Virus record (IMG/VR): IMGVR_UViG_3300022671_000005
Span: 64,001 to 128,000 of that record
From: a virus
Lineage: Duplodnaviria; Caudoviricetes
Length of the DNA stretch: 64,000 nucleotides
Strand: one strand, 5' to 3'
Under the pieces are notes generated by a model. The model had not been told where the DNA came from, did not search any database, and saw only the letters and a program-made list of their open reading frames with translations. Each line of letters begins with the position of its first letter. The first letter of the stretch is position 1. Positions 10,698-20,734 of the stretch are shown in pieces. The position numbers were made by a program, and so were the translations under genes.

Positions 10698-12041
10698 ATG
10701 AAAATACTTTGTATTACTAAAAGAACTCCAAGAGACCTAATGTGTTTCGACACTACATATTCAGACTACAATACTGTCAAATCTGACATAGATATCAATA
10801 CCGTAATTGATATCATTGTTGTTGATGAAGTAGAAGAAACAGTTTACATTGCCAACCTTTCAAAAATGCTTTTGCAACAACCAGAAGTAATGGCAGCTGC
10901 TGATTACACAGAGCTTGAAAGTGTGTTAGATGAAGGTCTTCTGGTAGCATATAAAACCAAGTCATATATTCCAAAACAGAGATTCACAATAGATTCTGGT
11001 AAACTTAAACTTATTGCCAACACTACTGATATCTTAGGTTTGGATATTGACTTAACCTATTATCACATGAGAGACATGGTCTCTCCAAAGATAGTATCTG
11101 CATCCCATTCAACATTATTAACTGAATCATATGGGACTATTTCCAACCCATCTCTTAGGAATGTTCTATTTCTCAGAAATAGATTGAGAGATCTCATATT
11201 TACTCATAAGAATCAAGTGGGTGAAAAGGCAGTTAATTTTGCAAACACTATACCTTCCATTTCTGGTAAGATACATTACCCCATCGTATTTGAAGATGAG
11301 TTGTATGTCAAAGATGGTACTAAGTCATTGAAGAATGTTCCAGAAGGTGGGATGGGAAATGTGTTAATAGATTTTACACCTGTTGGCGATATAGATATAG
11401 TTAGGTTCCCTGATTGTGAAAAGATCGCACATCCTGCACAAACGATCATTAGAATGCCAGAAGGAAAATCCTTTAAGGATAAGACTGCATTGTTTGTAGT
11501 GGCTGGTAGATTTGTAATGAGTTCAGAATTCAGGATAATGGATGAGAGATCATTTGTATTTAATCCATGGGCGTTTCCTCTTAAGAATATTATCTTATCC
11601 AATAAGGCTATACTGGGTGAGAAAATAGAGGGTACTATGCTCTACCAGGACACCAACCCTGAAGGGACTTTTGAAGTAGAAATGATGGATGATGATAACT
11701 ATGAGAATTTCATTATACTCATTGATAATCCTACTTGTGAATTTTACATGTTGAATATGAAAATGGTTGTTAGGCCTAATGTTCTCAAATTCCCTCCTTT
11801 CACAGGAGGTGTGTTAATTAAGAACATGACTCGTGAGATAATTGATTATTCTCTTGAGTTAGAATCTGATCAAACTATAGTTTATCTTGCTCCAACACAA
11901 CCTTTAAATAGAATGACAAATGAAGTAGAAAACAATATGCACAATATTGCATATCAAACCAGTAATGTTCCCGACTTCAATCATTCTATAAACGACAAGG
12001 ATGATGGTTACACAGTAATTGACATCGTTGCAGAAGGGTAA
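10698..12041 (+). CDS. Probable virion structural (baseplate-associated) protein
   Basis: 447 aa with RBS AAGGAG. The pattern 'SISGKIH...LYVKDG...LIDF..VG...LFVVAG' recalls conserved phiKZ-like virion proteins. Confidence 0.5.
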   Translation: MKILCITKRTPRDLMCFDTTYSDYNTVKSDIDINTVIDIIVVDEVEETVYIANLSKMLLQQPEVMAAADYTELESVLDEGLLVAYKTKSYIPKQRFTIDSGKLKLIANTTDILGLDIDLTYYHMRDMVSPKIVSASHSTLLTESYGTISNPSLRNVLFLRNRLRDLIFTHKNQVGEKAVNFANTIPSISGKIHYPIVFEDELYVKDGTKSLKNVPEGGMGNVLIDFTPVGDIDIVRFPDCEKIAHPAQTIIRMPEGKSFKDKTALFVVAGRFVMSSEFRIMDERSFVFNPWAFPLKNIILSNKAILGEKIEGTMLYQDTNPEGTFEVEMMDDDNYENFIILIDNPTCEFYMLNMKMVVRPNVLKFPPFTGGVLIKNMTREIIDYSLELESDQTIVYLAPTQPLNRMTNEVENNMHNIAYQTSNVPDFNHSINDKDDGYTVIDIVAEG

Positions 12042-12044
12042 ATT

Positions 12045-12722
12045 ATGTCTAATAACAAATATTTTAAGAAAGTAAAGGATAGTTTAATCTTTATAGGAAA
12101 TACACTTGATGTCTATATACCGGTTAGGTATGGGCAACATGGATGCTTAGATATTTCTGAAAGTGTAATTGCATTAGGTATTTTTGATATGACCATAAAT
12201 GGTAATATCGAAAGTGGTATGATGATTCCTGCTAAGATTAAAATGAAACCCAATGATATAAACAGTATGTTGTTGAATGGTGAACGTTATCAGAAGCTAA
12301 CATTTTTGAAAGACGATATCGTTATCCACGATACTCATGTAGTCAAAGATGAACATATAGCTTATGTAATGTTTTATGAGTTTATATTTAGTGGCAAAGC
12401 TCCTAAATTTCTAACTTATGAAAAACTAGGTTTTATATTTGAAAAGGCTGTTGAAGTTACAGGAATTAAGTTCCCAACTAACATGGCTGTATTCGAAATG
12501 ATGATATCTGCATTACATAGAGATCCAGAGGATCTTACTAAGTTCTACAGACTGACCAACATGAAAAAGAAACCTTTGCAAATTCCTATGAGATCAGTTG
12601 CACATGCTGCTACATCAACTACCACTAAGATAGTTGGATCTTATGACAATGAAGGATATGATGCGGCTCTTGTTAATGCTGCTGAAACATCTAGTGAAAT
12701 TGAGAATTTGCTCCGCAATTAA
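12045..12722 (+). CDS. Conserved jumbo-phage protein resembling the C-terminal segment of RNA polymerase beta' (phiKZ gp176-like position)
   Basis: AVFEMMISALHRD resembles beta' KHIEVIVRQMLR. SVAHAATSTTTKIVGSY..EG..AAL....EIENLL resembles beta' ITKASLATESFISAASF...ENVI. Lies immediately upstream of the prohead protease. Confidence 0.5.
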   Translation: MSNNKYFKKVKDSLIFIGNTLDVYIPVRYGQHGCLDISESVIALGIFDMTINGNIESGMMIPAKIKMKPNDINSMLLNGERYQKLTFLKDDIVIHDTHVVKDEHIAYVMFYEFIFSGKAPKFLTYEKLGFIFEKAVEVTGIKFPTNMAVFEMMISALHRDPEDLTKFYRLTNMKKKPLQIPMRSVAHAATSTTTKIVGSYDNEGYDAALVNAAETSSEIENLLRN

Positions 12723-12760
12723 AACAATCAATCTATTAACATAAATAGGATTACTTAAGT

Positions 12761-13606
12761 ATGTCTAATGTAGTTTTTTCAGTACAGACTCTTAGGACAG
12801 ATTCTGGTGGTACACTTAAGTGTGTTAAACCTAATTCTGACGGAGTTTATTGTGACGTACCTGTAGCCGTTGTAGGTATTCCTTCTAGGAATAGAGCAGT
12901 ATACGACATGCAGAGTACATTAGCAGCTATGTCTGATCCTTCAACCAGATTCTACAAGAATCTCTCAGAAGGAAATCTTGAAGGTGAGTGGGGTCATCCA
13001 GAACTATCACCTATCATGACAAAGCAAGATAAAATCAATGCAATTATGAGAACTCTCAAGATCGATAGGTCTATGGTATCTCATTACTTCACCAAGATCA
13101 GAACTGAGCAGTCTAGAGATGGACAATTTGTTATTGTTTATGCTGACGTTGTATGCTTCGGTCCTTATGGTAAATATCTAGAACAATCATTTGCAGATCC
13201 AAAGCGAAATACTTGTTTCTCATTGAGGTCTTTAACAAGTGATCCATCACCACTACCCGATGGCAACACTATCAAGAAGATGAAACTCCTTGTCACATTT
13301 GATGCTGTTGATGGTCCTGGATTTGAGATGGCTGGTAAGCGTTACATGAACATAGATAATGAATCATATGAAATTGAAGACAGTCAACTCATAGAAGCAT
13401 CTGTTAATGAGATAATTCAATTCCCAGACTTTGCCAAAGTAGTTGGATATGAATCTATCACATCACAAGAAATCTTAGACATCTTTGAAGCAGATAAAGT
13501 CTGTATAGAAAGAGAGTTTACGATTGAAGGTGTTTTTGATCCAGATAAGAATACCATTGTAACACCTGATGGACCCAAATCTGTGTTCCACACACTGTTT
13601 AATTAA
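12761..13606 (+). CDS. Prohead (head maturation) serine protease, phiKZ gp175 / T4 gp21-like
   Basis: Motifs SRNRAVY, GEWGHP (His), FSLRS (Ser), TFDAVDGPG (Asp). Acidic C-tail with x-x-E sites. Confidence 0.88.
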   Translation: MSNVVFSVQTLRTDSGGTLKCVKPNSDGVYCDVPVAVVGIPSRNRAVYDMQSTLAAMSDPSTRFYKNLSEGNLEGEWGHPELSPIMTKQDKINAIMRTLKIDRSMVSHYFTKIRTEQSRDGQFVIVYADVVCFGPYGKYLEQSFADPKRNTCFSLRSLTSDPSPLPDGNTIKKMKLLVTFDAVDGPGFEMAGKRYMNIDNESYEIEDSQLIEASVNEIIQFPDFAKVVGYESITSQEILDIFEADKVCIEREFTIEGVFDPDKNTIVTPDGPKSVFHTLFN

Positions 13607-13620
13607 AGGAGTATATTGTA

Positions 13621-14214
13621 ATGAAAATTCAAACACATATGCTTCCTAGACAATCCATTTTAAACCCTTCTATTAGTCGTACCCCTATGACTGGTGGTGG
13701 GTTTAAATGGACTATTTTGATTGATAACGATATTGTTAGTCCAGAGTATTACACATTGGCTTGTCAGGTACTACTGTCAGCAGAAGAAAGCGATGTTGTA
13801 TACATGCCAATAAACACACATGGTGGTAGTGTAGCATCTGGTCTTGCAATCACTGATGCAATGCAAAGAAGTAAGGCAAAGGTAATAACTGATGTTGTTG
13901 GTTATGCTTATTCTTGTGGTGCCATGATTTGGTCATTTGGTGATGAACTTCGTATGGGGAAATATGCTCGCATCATGTTTCATTCGAGTTCACATATGGC
14001 ATATGGTAAGAGTGCCACTATTGCTGAAGAAGCAGACCATCTAGTTGAAGGTATGAAATATCTAATGGATCGAATTGTTAAACGTGGAGTTCTAACTCAA
14101 GAAGAGAGAGACCGATGTTTTGACAGCAAATTAGATGTATACTTCAATTATAATCAACTTAAAGATAGACTTGAAGGTCTCAAGGATATCCCAAGAGATG
14201 AGGTATATCAATGA
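13621..14214 (+). CDS. ClpP-like serine protease
   Basis: INTHGGSVASGLAITDAM, AYSCGA (catalytic Ser), IMFH (catalytic His), candidate Asp in LDVYF. Confidence 0.85.
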   Translation: MKIQTHMLPRQSILNPSISRTPMTGGGFKWTILIDNDIVSPEYYTLACQVLLSAEESDVVYMPINTHGGSVASGLAITDAMQRSKAKVITDVVGYAYSCGAMIWSFGDELRMGKYARIMFHSSSHMAYGKSATIAEEADHLVEGMKYLMDRIVKRGVLTQEERDRCFDSKLDVYFNYNQLKDRLEGLKDIPRDEVYQ

Positions 14215-15041
14215 AATTCGATATATTAACAGGTTTATCACCTTTAAATAATGTTGTACCTGAGAATGAACCTTCCGTAGAAAATCTACATGGTGAAGGT
14301 GATATCTCTGACCTTATGGTTACATCTATGAATAATCTTGTTTCTGTTGATGATCTTGAAACTGAGGAGAAAGAGGTTTCAACTGAATCTATAGATGTTG
14401 ATATTTCAATAGAATCTTTAAATACTGACGAAACAGCAAATGCTGTTCCTTCCAATAGTGTAAAGAAAGCTCTTCAGAAGTTACAACAGGCTACTGGATT
14501 AAATTTTGACCAACCACAGCCTAAGCCCCCACCATCAATTCATATTGATAAAGGGGTATGCAGAGCTTACTTACAAGGTATGTGTTATTTGACACTTGCT
14601 CCTCTTATACACCTTCTTGCAAACGGTGCTAAGGATGACAAGTTTGTCATTGAAATAGATTTACCATATCTATCTACTTCAGATTGTATTACACTAGCAT
14701 CAACTATTGAACATTGTGAAAGTTATGTTACTGTAGCAGTTAGACGTATCCAATCTACAGAGACCTTTATGTTACTTGAGGTAGCTGACGAAGCTCATAT
14801 TGCACCTAACGTTCATGTTGTTGGTCCTATGACTGGATTTACAATAGGTACTTCTGTTGATATGTCAAATACTACAGAAGCATTCAAAGAGCATGAACAG
14901 TATGTTCAAGAACTTCTTAAAGATAACGGGTTCTTCACCGAAGATCAGCTGGAAGAGATTAATACTAAAGCTAAATCAGTTAGATTCACAACAGAAGAAC
15001 TTCTTTCAAGACTTAAAAAAGAAGAAGTGTCTGAAGATTAA
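14211..15041 (+). CDS. Degenerate ClpP paralog (ClpR-like pseudoprotease) with acidic propeptide
   Basis: The C-terminal ~165 aa align nearly gap-free by eye with the upstream ClpP but lack the GG, AxS and His motifs. N-terminus is acidic with SVE/STE/SIE sites. ATGA overlap with the upstream gene. Confidence 0.6.
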   Translation: MKFDILTGLSPLNNVVPENEPSVENLHGEGDISDLMVTSMNNLVSVDDLETEEKEVSTESIDVDISIESLNTDETANAVPSNSVKKALQKLQQATGLNFDQPQPKPPPSIHIDKGVCRAYLQGMCYLTLAPLIHLLANGAKDDKFVIEIDLPYLSTSDCITLASTIEHCESYVTVAVRRIQSTETFMLLEVADEAHIAPNVHVVGPMTGFTIGTSVDMSNTTEAFKEHEQYVQELLKDNGFFTEDQLEEINTKAKSVRFTTEELLSRLKKEEVSED

Positions 15042-15068
15042 TTTCGTTGTTATCACACACATATATAT

Positions 15069-15102
15069 CTACATAGTGGAGGATATATCCTCCACTATGT
15101 AG
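15069..15102. repeat. 34-bp perfect palindrome (probable terminator)
   Basis: CTACATAGTGGAGGATA|TATCCTCCACTATGTAG followed by GTTTTT. Confidence 0.85.
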
Positions 15103-15167
15103 GTTTTTACAGTATCTAGATATTTTATAAATATAACGTAATATTTAAAACTTAATGAGAACTACAA

Positions 15168-17285
15168 ATGATATTATACGACAAAGACATATTAGAACAA
15201 AGATGTACTATACATTATGGGACGAGAAATTTATCATTTATTAAAATGTCCTATCTGCTAAGGCAGATGGGAGTTAAAAACAATAAATTCATGTTAGCAC
15301 TTATTGATCCTTCTTTACAAGGCGTCGATCCTCATAGTCCAGATCTTACAGAAGAGCAGATGGCTAGAATTGCTATAGAGTGCAAAATTAATCCGTGGTA
15401 TTTCTTCAGAGAAGTTATACGAGTTGCACAACCTGGTGCAGAACCTGTAATGTATATTTTAAACAGAGCTAATTTGGCTTTGATATGGTTACATTTAAAT
15501 AGTGTCGATACATTCCTTACCATGCCACGACAGATTGGTAAAACCATCGGTGTTCAGGGTTTAATGACATACAAGATATTTATCATGGGTAAGAACATCA
15601 ACGTTGGATTGTTTGCTAAAGATAATGATCTTCGTACGGAAAACGTATCTCGTTTAAAAGAGTTACGAAATGCCCTCCCTAGATACCTTTTTAAGGTTGG
15701 TCCTAAGTATAATACAGACAACCAAGAAGGATTGGTCTACAAACCTTTTAAGACCAAATATATCACATTTGTTTCTCAAAAAGATAAACGTAGTGCTGCT
15801 GGTCAAGGTCGTGGTCAAACCTTCACAGATGAGCATTGGGATGAGTTTGGTTATTATACTAACAACCATCTGTCATACCCGTCAGCTAAAGCCGCAACTG
15901 ATACAGCTCAACCTCTAGCTAGGGAAAGTGGGATACCTTGCGCTAATATCATGACTACAACTGCTGCTATGTTGGAAGACCCTGCTGGTATGTATGCACA
16001 TGGTATTAAATGTGATGCCTTGAGATTCTCAGAATTACTTTACGACTGTAAGGATAATGATGAACTTAAAAGATTAGTGGACTCTGGTTCTGATGGTGGA
16101 ATGGTCTATATTGAGTTTAGTTATAAACAACTAGGTAAAGATGATGCGTGGTTGAAAAGAGTGTCTCGCGGTAAAACTCAAGATGAAATAGATAGGGATT
16201 ATCTTAACATCTGGACACATGGTTCAGCTGGTTCTCTCATCAATACTGAAGTTCTTAAGAGACTTAAGTTGAGCGCTATAGAACCCCTATATACTGAGAT
16301 TAAAGAAGACTTAATAGTTCGTTGGTATGTTGATAGTAAAACAAGGAAATCTCAAGAGTTTATATCTAAACCTTATATCTTGGCATCAGATACTGCTGAC
16401 AATGTTGGTAGAGATGCAACATCATTGGTTATGATAGATCCTGCTACTATGGAAGTACTAATGGTTTGCAAGAGTAATCAGAGTAGTTTGGCACATGTTG
16501 TTCTAGTTGTTGTAGATCTGTTAAGAACTTTTAATAGAACTATCTTTATTCCAGAAAGAAATAAAGGTGGAGCATTCTTGGTTGACATGGTCCTACATGC
16601 CCTTAAAGATGATAGATCATTTAACCCGTGGTCTAGGATATATAATACACATCATCAAGACTATAGTAGTAAGTCTCCCGACTGTAGAAGACTAGATCTC
16701 AATTCTGGTAGTATTAGAAAGATGTTTGGATTCACAACTACTGCTTCTGAAACATCTAGAAAGCTTTTATATCAATCCATATTTACAACTGTTGTTAATA
16801 GAAATGTCGATAGGATACATGACAGTACTTTGATAGATGAGATAAGTGGTATTACTGTAGATCCTAAGGGTAGAATAGATCACACCTCAGACTCACATGA
16901 TGATGTATTGATAGCCTACCTTATTGGTTGTTGGTTTATCATGTATGGTAGAAACCATCATATGTATGGAATAAGAGAGAATGAAATACTTCAAGACTTC
17001 TCTGTAGACAGTGCTGATGTCGATCCTGTCACTAGGGAAAGAAATGCATCTGCTAAAAAGAGAATGAAATATCTTGAAGAGATGCTCTCTACTTCAGACA
17101 TATCAGATATGATCAGAAGAGCGTTTGAGAAAGAATTGAATTATCTTAAACGAATACTACCTTCTAAGGGTAGTGGTGATGATATCATAAGTCTTAAGCA
17201 AGTCAAAGAAGAAAGTGATAGACTTAAAGTTGAAGTCGTTAAGAACCAAGACTTTACTTCTTCATTGCAACACATAAGGTTTTAA
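15168..17285 (+). CDS. terL: Terminase large subunit (phiKZ gp25-like)
   Basis: ECKINPWYFFRE, Walker A MPRQIGKT, GRGQT, Walker B HWDE, nuclease LASDTAD and RIDH...HDD. Confidence 0.93.
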   Translation: MILYDKDILEQRCTIHYGTRNLSFIKMSYLLRQMGVKNNKFMLALIDPSLQGVDPHSPDLTEEQMARIAIECKINPWYFFREVIRVAQPGAEPVMYILNRANLALIWLHLNSVDTFLTMPRQIGKTIGVQGLMTYKIFIMGKNINVGLFAKDNDLRTENVSRLKELRNALPRYLFKVGPKYNTDNQEGLVYKPFKTKYITFVSQKDKRSAAGQGRGQTFTDEHWDEFGYYTNNHLSYPSAKAATDTAQPLARESGIPCANIMTTTAAMLEDPAGMYAHGIKCDALRFSELLYDCKDNDELKRLVDSGSDGGMVYIEFSYKQLGKDDAWLKRVSRGKTQDEIDRDYLNIWTHGSAGSLINTEVLKRLKLSAIEPLYTEIKEDLIVRWYVDSKTRKSQEFISKPYILASDTADNVGRDATSLVMIDPATMEVLMVCKSNQSSLAHVVLVVVDLLRTFNRTIFIPERNKGGAFLVDMVLHALKDDRSFNPWSRIYNTHHQDYSSKSPDCRRLDLNSGSIRKMFGFTTTASETSRKLLYQSIFTTVVNRNVDRIHDSTLIDEISGITVDPKGRIDHTSDSHDDVLIAYLIGCWFIMYGRNHHMYGIRENEILQDFSVDSADVDPVTRERNASAKKRMKYLEEMLSTSDISDMIRRAFEKELNYLKRILPSKGSGDDIISLKQVKEESDRLKVEVVKNQDFTSSLQHIRF

Positions 17286-17287
17286 AC

Positions 17288-18538
17288 ATGGATAGAACAC
17301 TTAAAGAGATTCTGTTAGAAAGATATAAGTTGGATATCACTAGGAATCATTACCTTAGGATTAAAAAACATCTTATCTCATGGGAACTTAGAGATCAACA
17401 TCCTGAAGCTTTGAATACTCCCATGTTGGGAATTACAAAGATTCATTTTCTGACAAAAGACACAATGGCTTTATTTGATATCTTTGATATTGAGAAGTCT
17501 GCTTTTGAAGCAACGTTTAGAGCTGCTAAAACTATTGATACTTCTAGAAGAGTTATAAGTGATGCGTACAATATGCTTACAGTATGGGCTGCTTATATGG
17601 TCGAACAATCAAGTTTGCCAAAAGCACAAAAAGAAGAGATGCAGTACAATCTCTTTAAACTCATGCAGTATCGCATTTTTACCTCTATAGTAAATTACAA
17701 CTTCCCACATAGAGCACAGGAAGATGTAATGGAGTATACTATCAATGAACTCTCTAACAAATTCGATATCAAACGCAATGAGACTTCTACTTGGAAACTT
17801 GTTATTGAAGCACGTAGCAAAGATATTGTTGGAAGAGACAGTATACATCATAGGACACTTAGATCGTTTGCACCTGATGACAAAGTCCTTTATGTTATAA
17901 CAGACGTTCATACTAGAATATGGGTTAAGCTAACCACCATAATCCAGAAGTTCTATAAGAATAAAGAAGCTGGTAACAGAATGGGTTCTTATGGTATAGT
18001 TGGTGAAATAGATGGTGAGAAAGTTGTTAAGAATCTGGTTGCTTCTTACGATCAGATGATAGAAGGAATATCTAATGATGTTCTATCTACCAACAAATTT
18101 ATTGATCACACATCTATTGATATTGCAGTTAAAATTACTGGCAATATACGAGCAGATATGTTTAGATCACTACTTATCAAATTTTCTGATATGGCAATCG
18201 ATCAACATAGAAAAAAGAATCAGGACCTGATTGAAGGTGTTGATGAACACAAATTGTTGATTGGTTACAGGATTCTGATATCCAACATAATTCAAAAGAC
18301 TTATCGTGAATGTATATTCGACAAGACTGTCAATATGAAATCGAAGCTTGAGATACTATCTAAATCTAGAAATATCTATAGAAGTTCTAGAATAACTAAT
18401 AAAGATATTCTTATTATTAAGAATAGTGTTTCTGATTTTGTAGATAAGTATTCTAATTCTAATAGAGAAAGTACTAATGCTAGTTTGCGCATTGCTTTCA
18501 TAAGTTATATTATCATATTAAGCTTTAAACACGTTTAA
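17288..18538 (+). CDS. Conserved phiKZ-like core protein, function unknown (probably virion-associated)
   Basis: 416-aa helical ORF starting 2 nt after the terL stop. Motifs ISDAYN, MQYRIFTS, LSNKFDIK...W, YRSSR are recalled from phiKZ-like core genes. Confidence 0.55.
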   Translation: MDRTLKEILLERYKLDITRNHYLRIKKHLISWELRDQHPEALNTPMLGITKIHFLTKDTMALFDIFDIEKSAFEATFRAAKTIDTSRRVISDAYNMLTVWAAYMVEQSSLPKAQKEEMQYNLFKLMQYRIFTSIVNYNFPHRAQEDVMEYTINELSNKFDIKRNETSTWKLVIEARSKDIVGRDSIHHRTLRSFAPDDKVLYVITDVHTRIWVKLTTIIQKFYKNKEAGNRMGSYGIVGEIDGEKVVKNLVASYDQMIEGISNDVLSTNKFIDHTSIDIAVKITGNIRADMFRSLLIKFSDMAIDQHRKKNQDLIEGVDEHKLLIGYRILISNIIQKTYRECIFDKTVNMKSKLEILSKSRNIYRSSRITNKDILIIKNSVSDFVDKYSNSNRESTNASLRIAFISYIIILSFKHV

Positions 18539-18556
18539 TCACACGTTGATAAAATC

Positions 18557-18590
18557 AGTACACATGCAGTCATTTGACTGCATGTGTACT
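18557..18590. terminator. 16-bp-stem hairpin
   Basis: AGTACACATGCAGTCA-tt-TGACTGCATGTGTACT downstream of the stop at 18538. Confidence 0.75.
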
Positions 18591-18727
18591 ATTCTCATAT
18601 CACCCTTATTTTAGGGATGTGATACCTTGGTCTGCTTATATGTATTTGTATACATTAGATAAGGTTAAACATAAGCTATAGATAGCTTTTTGTATAAAGA
18701 TTTTAATGAAAAAGTAAAAAGAGAAAT

Positions 18728-18765
18728 ATATACTCTAGGAGCACCTAGGTGCTCCTAGAGTATAT
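18728..18765. repeat. 38-bp perfect palindrome centred on CCTAGG
   Basis: ATATACTCTAGGAGCACCT|AGGTGCTCCTAGAGTATAT downstream of a minus-strand gene. Confidence 0.85.
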
Positions 18766-18793
18766 TAAAATATTTAGATATCTCTAACTAAAA

Positions 18794-19885
18794 TTACATC
18801 TCGTACTGTTTTGCAACAGTGAGGAGAATTTTAGTATAGTCATTTGCATAAGAGCCGATAGTGCGAAGGGTTTTACCAGCAAGCTTACGATTAGCTTTGA
18901 TTTCTTTAGCTTTATCTTTTGAACCTTCTTCGTCTTCCTTTGAAACTTTCTTGGCAGCTTCTTTGAGTTTCTTTTCGATACTCTTAGCTTCAATCATAAC
19001 TTGAACAAGCTCTGTAGTTACTTTAGAAGCACCAACAATAGCAGCTTTGTTCCAACCAGCACGTTCCAACGTCATTTTGGAAATCCAACCGAAGTCAGAC
19101 AGAACATACTTTTTACCATTCCAAACGAAACCAGCTTTCTTCATAAGGTCAGTAACCTTTTTAGCTGCATCATTGTCAAACTCTTCCAAATTGTCAAACA
19201 TGGATTTCAATGCTTCCTTACTAGAACCCATGACATCCATGTAAGCTTTAGAAGTGACAAGCATCATTTTCTTGTCGGTATTTTTCGGCTGATCACGAAG
19301 ACCTTTGCCAACAATTTCTTTAATCTTAGAAGCACGTGCTTCTATAGAATTCAGAACTACAACAAGGTAAGCAATGGCTGCCAAGTATATAGCGATAGCC
19401 ACTGCTATAAAGAATACTTCTTCTGAAACTTCGGTTTTGTCTAATTCGAGTGTAGCTACAGCTTCATCAAACTCTTTCTTTTCAACTTTCTCAATAAGAG
19501 TGGCGATCTGCTCAGCAGCTACCTTAGTATTGGTAACATCAATACCAACTTGTGCAAGGGCTTCACTGTAGTGATTCAAGAGACTCTTATCGTCTTCGAG
19601 TTCAACCTTAAGAAGGCTTTCACGAATGCTTGAGATTTCTTCAATCTGTTCCATCTTTTCAAAAGTAGTGATAAGAACATTATCTGCACTTTGAATCTGA
19701 AGAGCAAGAGCATCCATATCAGCTTCATCTAATTTGGATTTAGATTCCACAATCTCTGCAATCTTAGCTTTAGTAGATTCGATGGAAGCTTCCAATTCAG
19801 CAACAGCTGCTTTCTGTTCTTCTGAAAGAACAATTGCATTTTCATCTTTGAGGGATTCTAGACTTTCAAAACTAATAGTAGTCAT
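18794..19885 (-). CDS. Internal head protein with acidic propeptide
   Basis: Acidic N-half with SFE/SLE/SIE/SEE sites; basic mature half with TLERAGW motif. Confidence 0.65.
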   Translation of the reverse strand: MTTISFESLESLKDENAIVLSEEQKAAVAELEASIESTKAKIAEIVESKSKLDEADMDALALQIQSADNVLITTFEKMEQIEEISSIRESLLKVELEDDKSLLNHYSEALAQVGIDVTNTKVAAEQIATLIEKVEKKEFDEAVATLELDKTEVSEEVFFIAVAIAIYLAAIAYLVVVLNSIEARASKIKEIVGKGLRDQPKNTDKKMMLVTSKAYMDVMGSSKEALKSMFDNLEEFDNDAAKKVTDLMKKAGFVWNGKKYVLSDFGWISKMTLERAGWNKAAIVGASKVTTELVQVMIEAKSIEKKLKEAAKKVSKEDEEGSKDKAKEIKANRKLAGKTLRTIGSYANDYTKILLTVAKQYEM

Positions 19886-19924
19886 TTTAGTTTTTCCTTT
19901 TTTGTTTTTTAAGAAAAGTTATTT

Positions 19925-20734
19925 TTATAACATGTATTTAAGTAAGGGTCCAACTCTTTGAAGATCCATCATGTTACCATTGACAAACTTGTTCAACTTC
20001 TCACGATACTCTTCATTCAAATCAGACCAGGGTTCGATTATCTGTCTTACGGACGCTATATCCATACCATACTCCACATAACTCCTATCGAGTTGAATGA
20101 TAAGTTGATTATAGATATACATCTTAGTGGCAAGCACACATAACTCAGCGAATGCATCTATAGATGATCCATTGAGACTGTTCATCGCTTCATCGTATGC
20201 AACTTGACATACCAGGACCCAATCAATTTGAGTATGACCACCTGGATGTAACCTAACCAAATCACCACTCAACAGCTCAGGTGTTGGTGTAGGAGGGACA
20301 CCACCTCCAGTTCTAGAGTGTATAAGCTCTTGTGTATAAGCACATATTGTTGCACCTTGCACTGTTGTAGATGGATGACCACCTGAGTTAGGCAAGGGGA
20401 ACATAACTCTATGAACTTCTGTGATATCACAAAAGTCTCTCTTATCTGGAGGTATCCGATAAATGGAATAAGATCCTGTACCAGAATTCATCTGAGAAGT
20501 AGTTTGCACTATCTGCTCTAGCATGGGTCCAGTTAATGAGACTTGTATGGTTTTACCACCAAGTAAATTACAATCCTTTCTTACACGAGAGTTTATAACT
20601 CTATCTACAATTTGTTGATCTGTAGATATGTTATTCCAAACGTGCTGCTGTATAGGCACAAAAGCTAATTGTAATATCTGAGGTGGAATCATGTGTTTGA
20701 TCCGCATTAGCGAGATCGGAATAGCTTGACTCAT
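19925..20734 (-). CDS. Conserved phiKZ-like virion structural protein (possibly neck/adaptor)
   Basis: IPPQIL..AF, VINSRVRKDCNLLGG and LCVLATKMYIYN are recalled from a phiKZ-like core virion family. Confidence 0.6.
   Translation of the reverse strand: MSQAIPISLMRIKHMIPPQILQLAFVPIQQHVWNNISTDQQIVDRVINSRVRKDCNLLGGKTIQVSLTGPMLEQIVQTTSQMNSGTGSYSIYRIPPDKRDFCDITEVHRVMFPLPNSGGHPSTTVQGATICAYTQELIHSRTGGGVPPTPTPELLSGDLVRLHPGGHTQIDWVLVCQVAYDEAMNSLNGSSIDAFAELCVLATKMYIYNQLIIQLDRSYVEYGMDIASVRQIIEPWSDLNEEYREKLNKFVNGNMMDLQRVGPLLKYML

Noticed and set aside
15062-15080. TATATATCTA-catag-TGGA as a sixth early promoter
   Set aside because: It has several mismatches to the otherwise invariant motif, overlaps a palindrome and precedes the terminase gene.
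18539-18793. tRNA or other structured RNA in the larger intergenic gaps (also 10476-10697 and 25246-25562)
   Set aside because: No cloverleaf, T-loop or recognisable ribozyme core; only simple hairpins.
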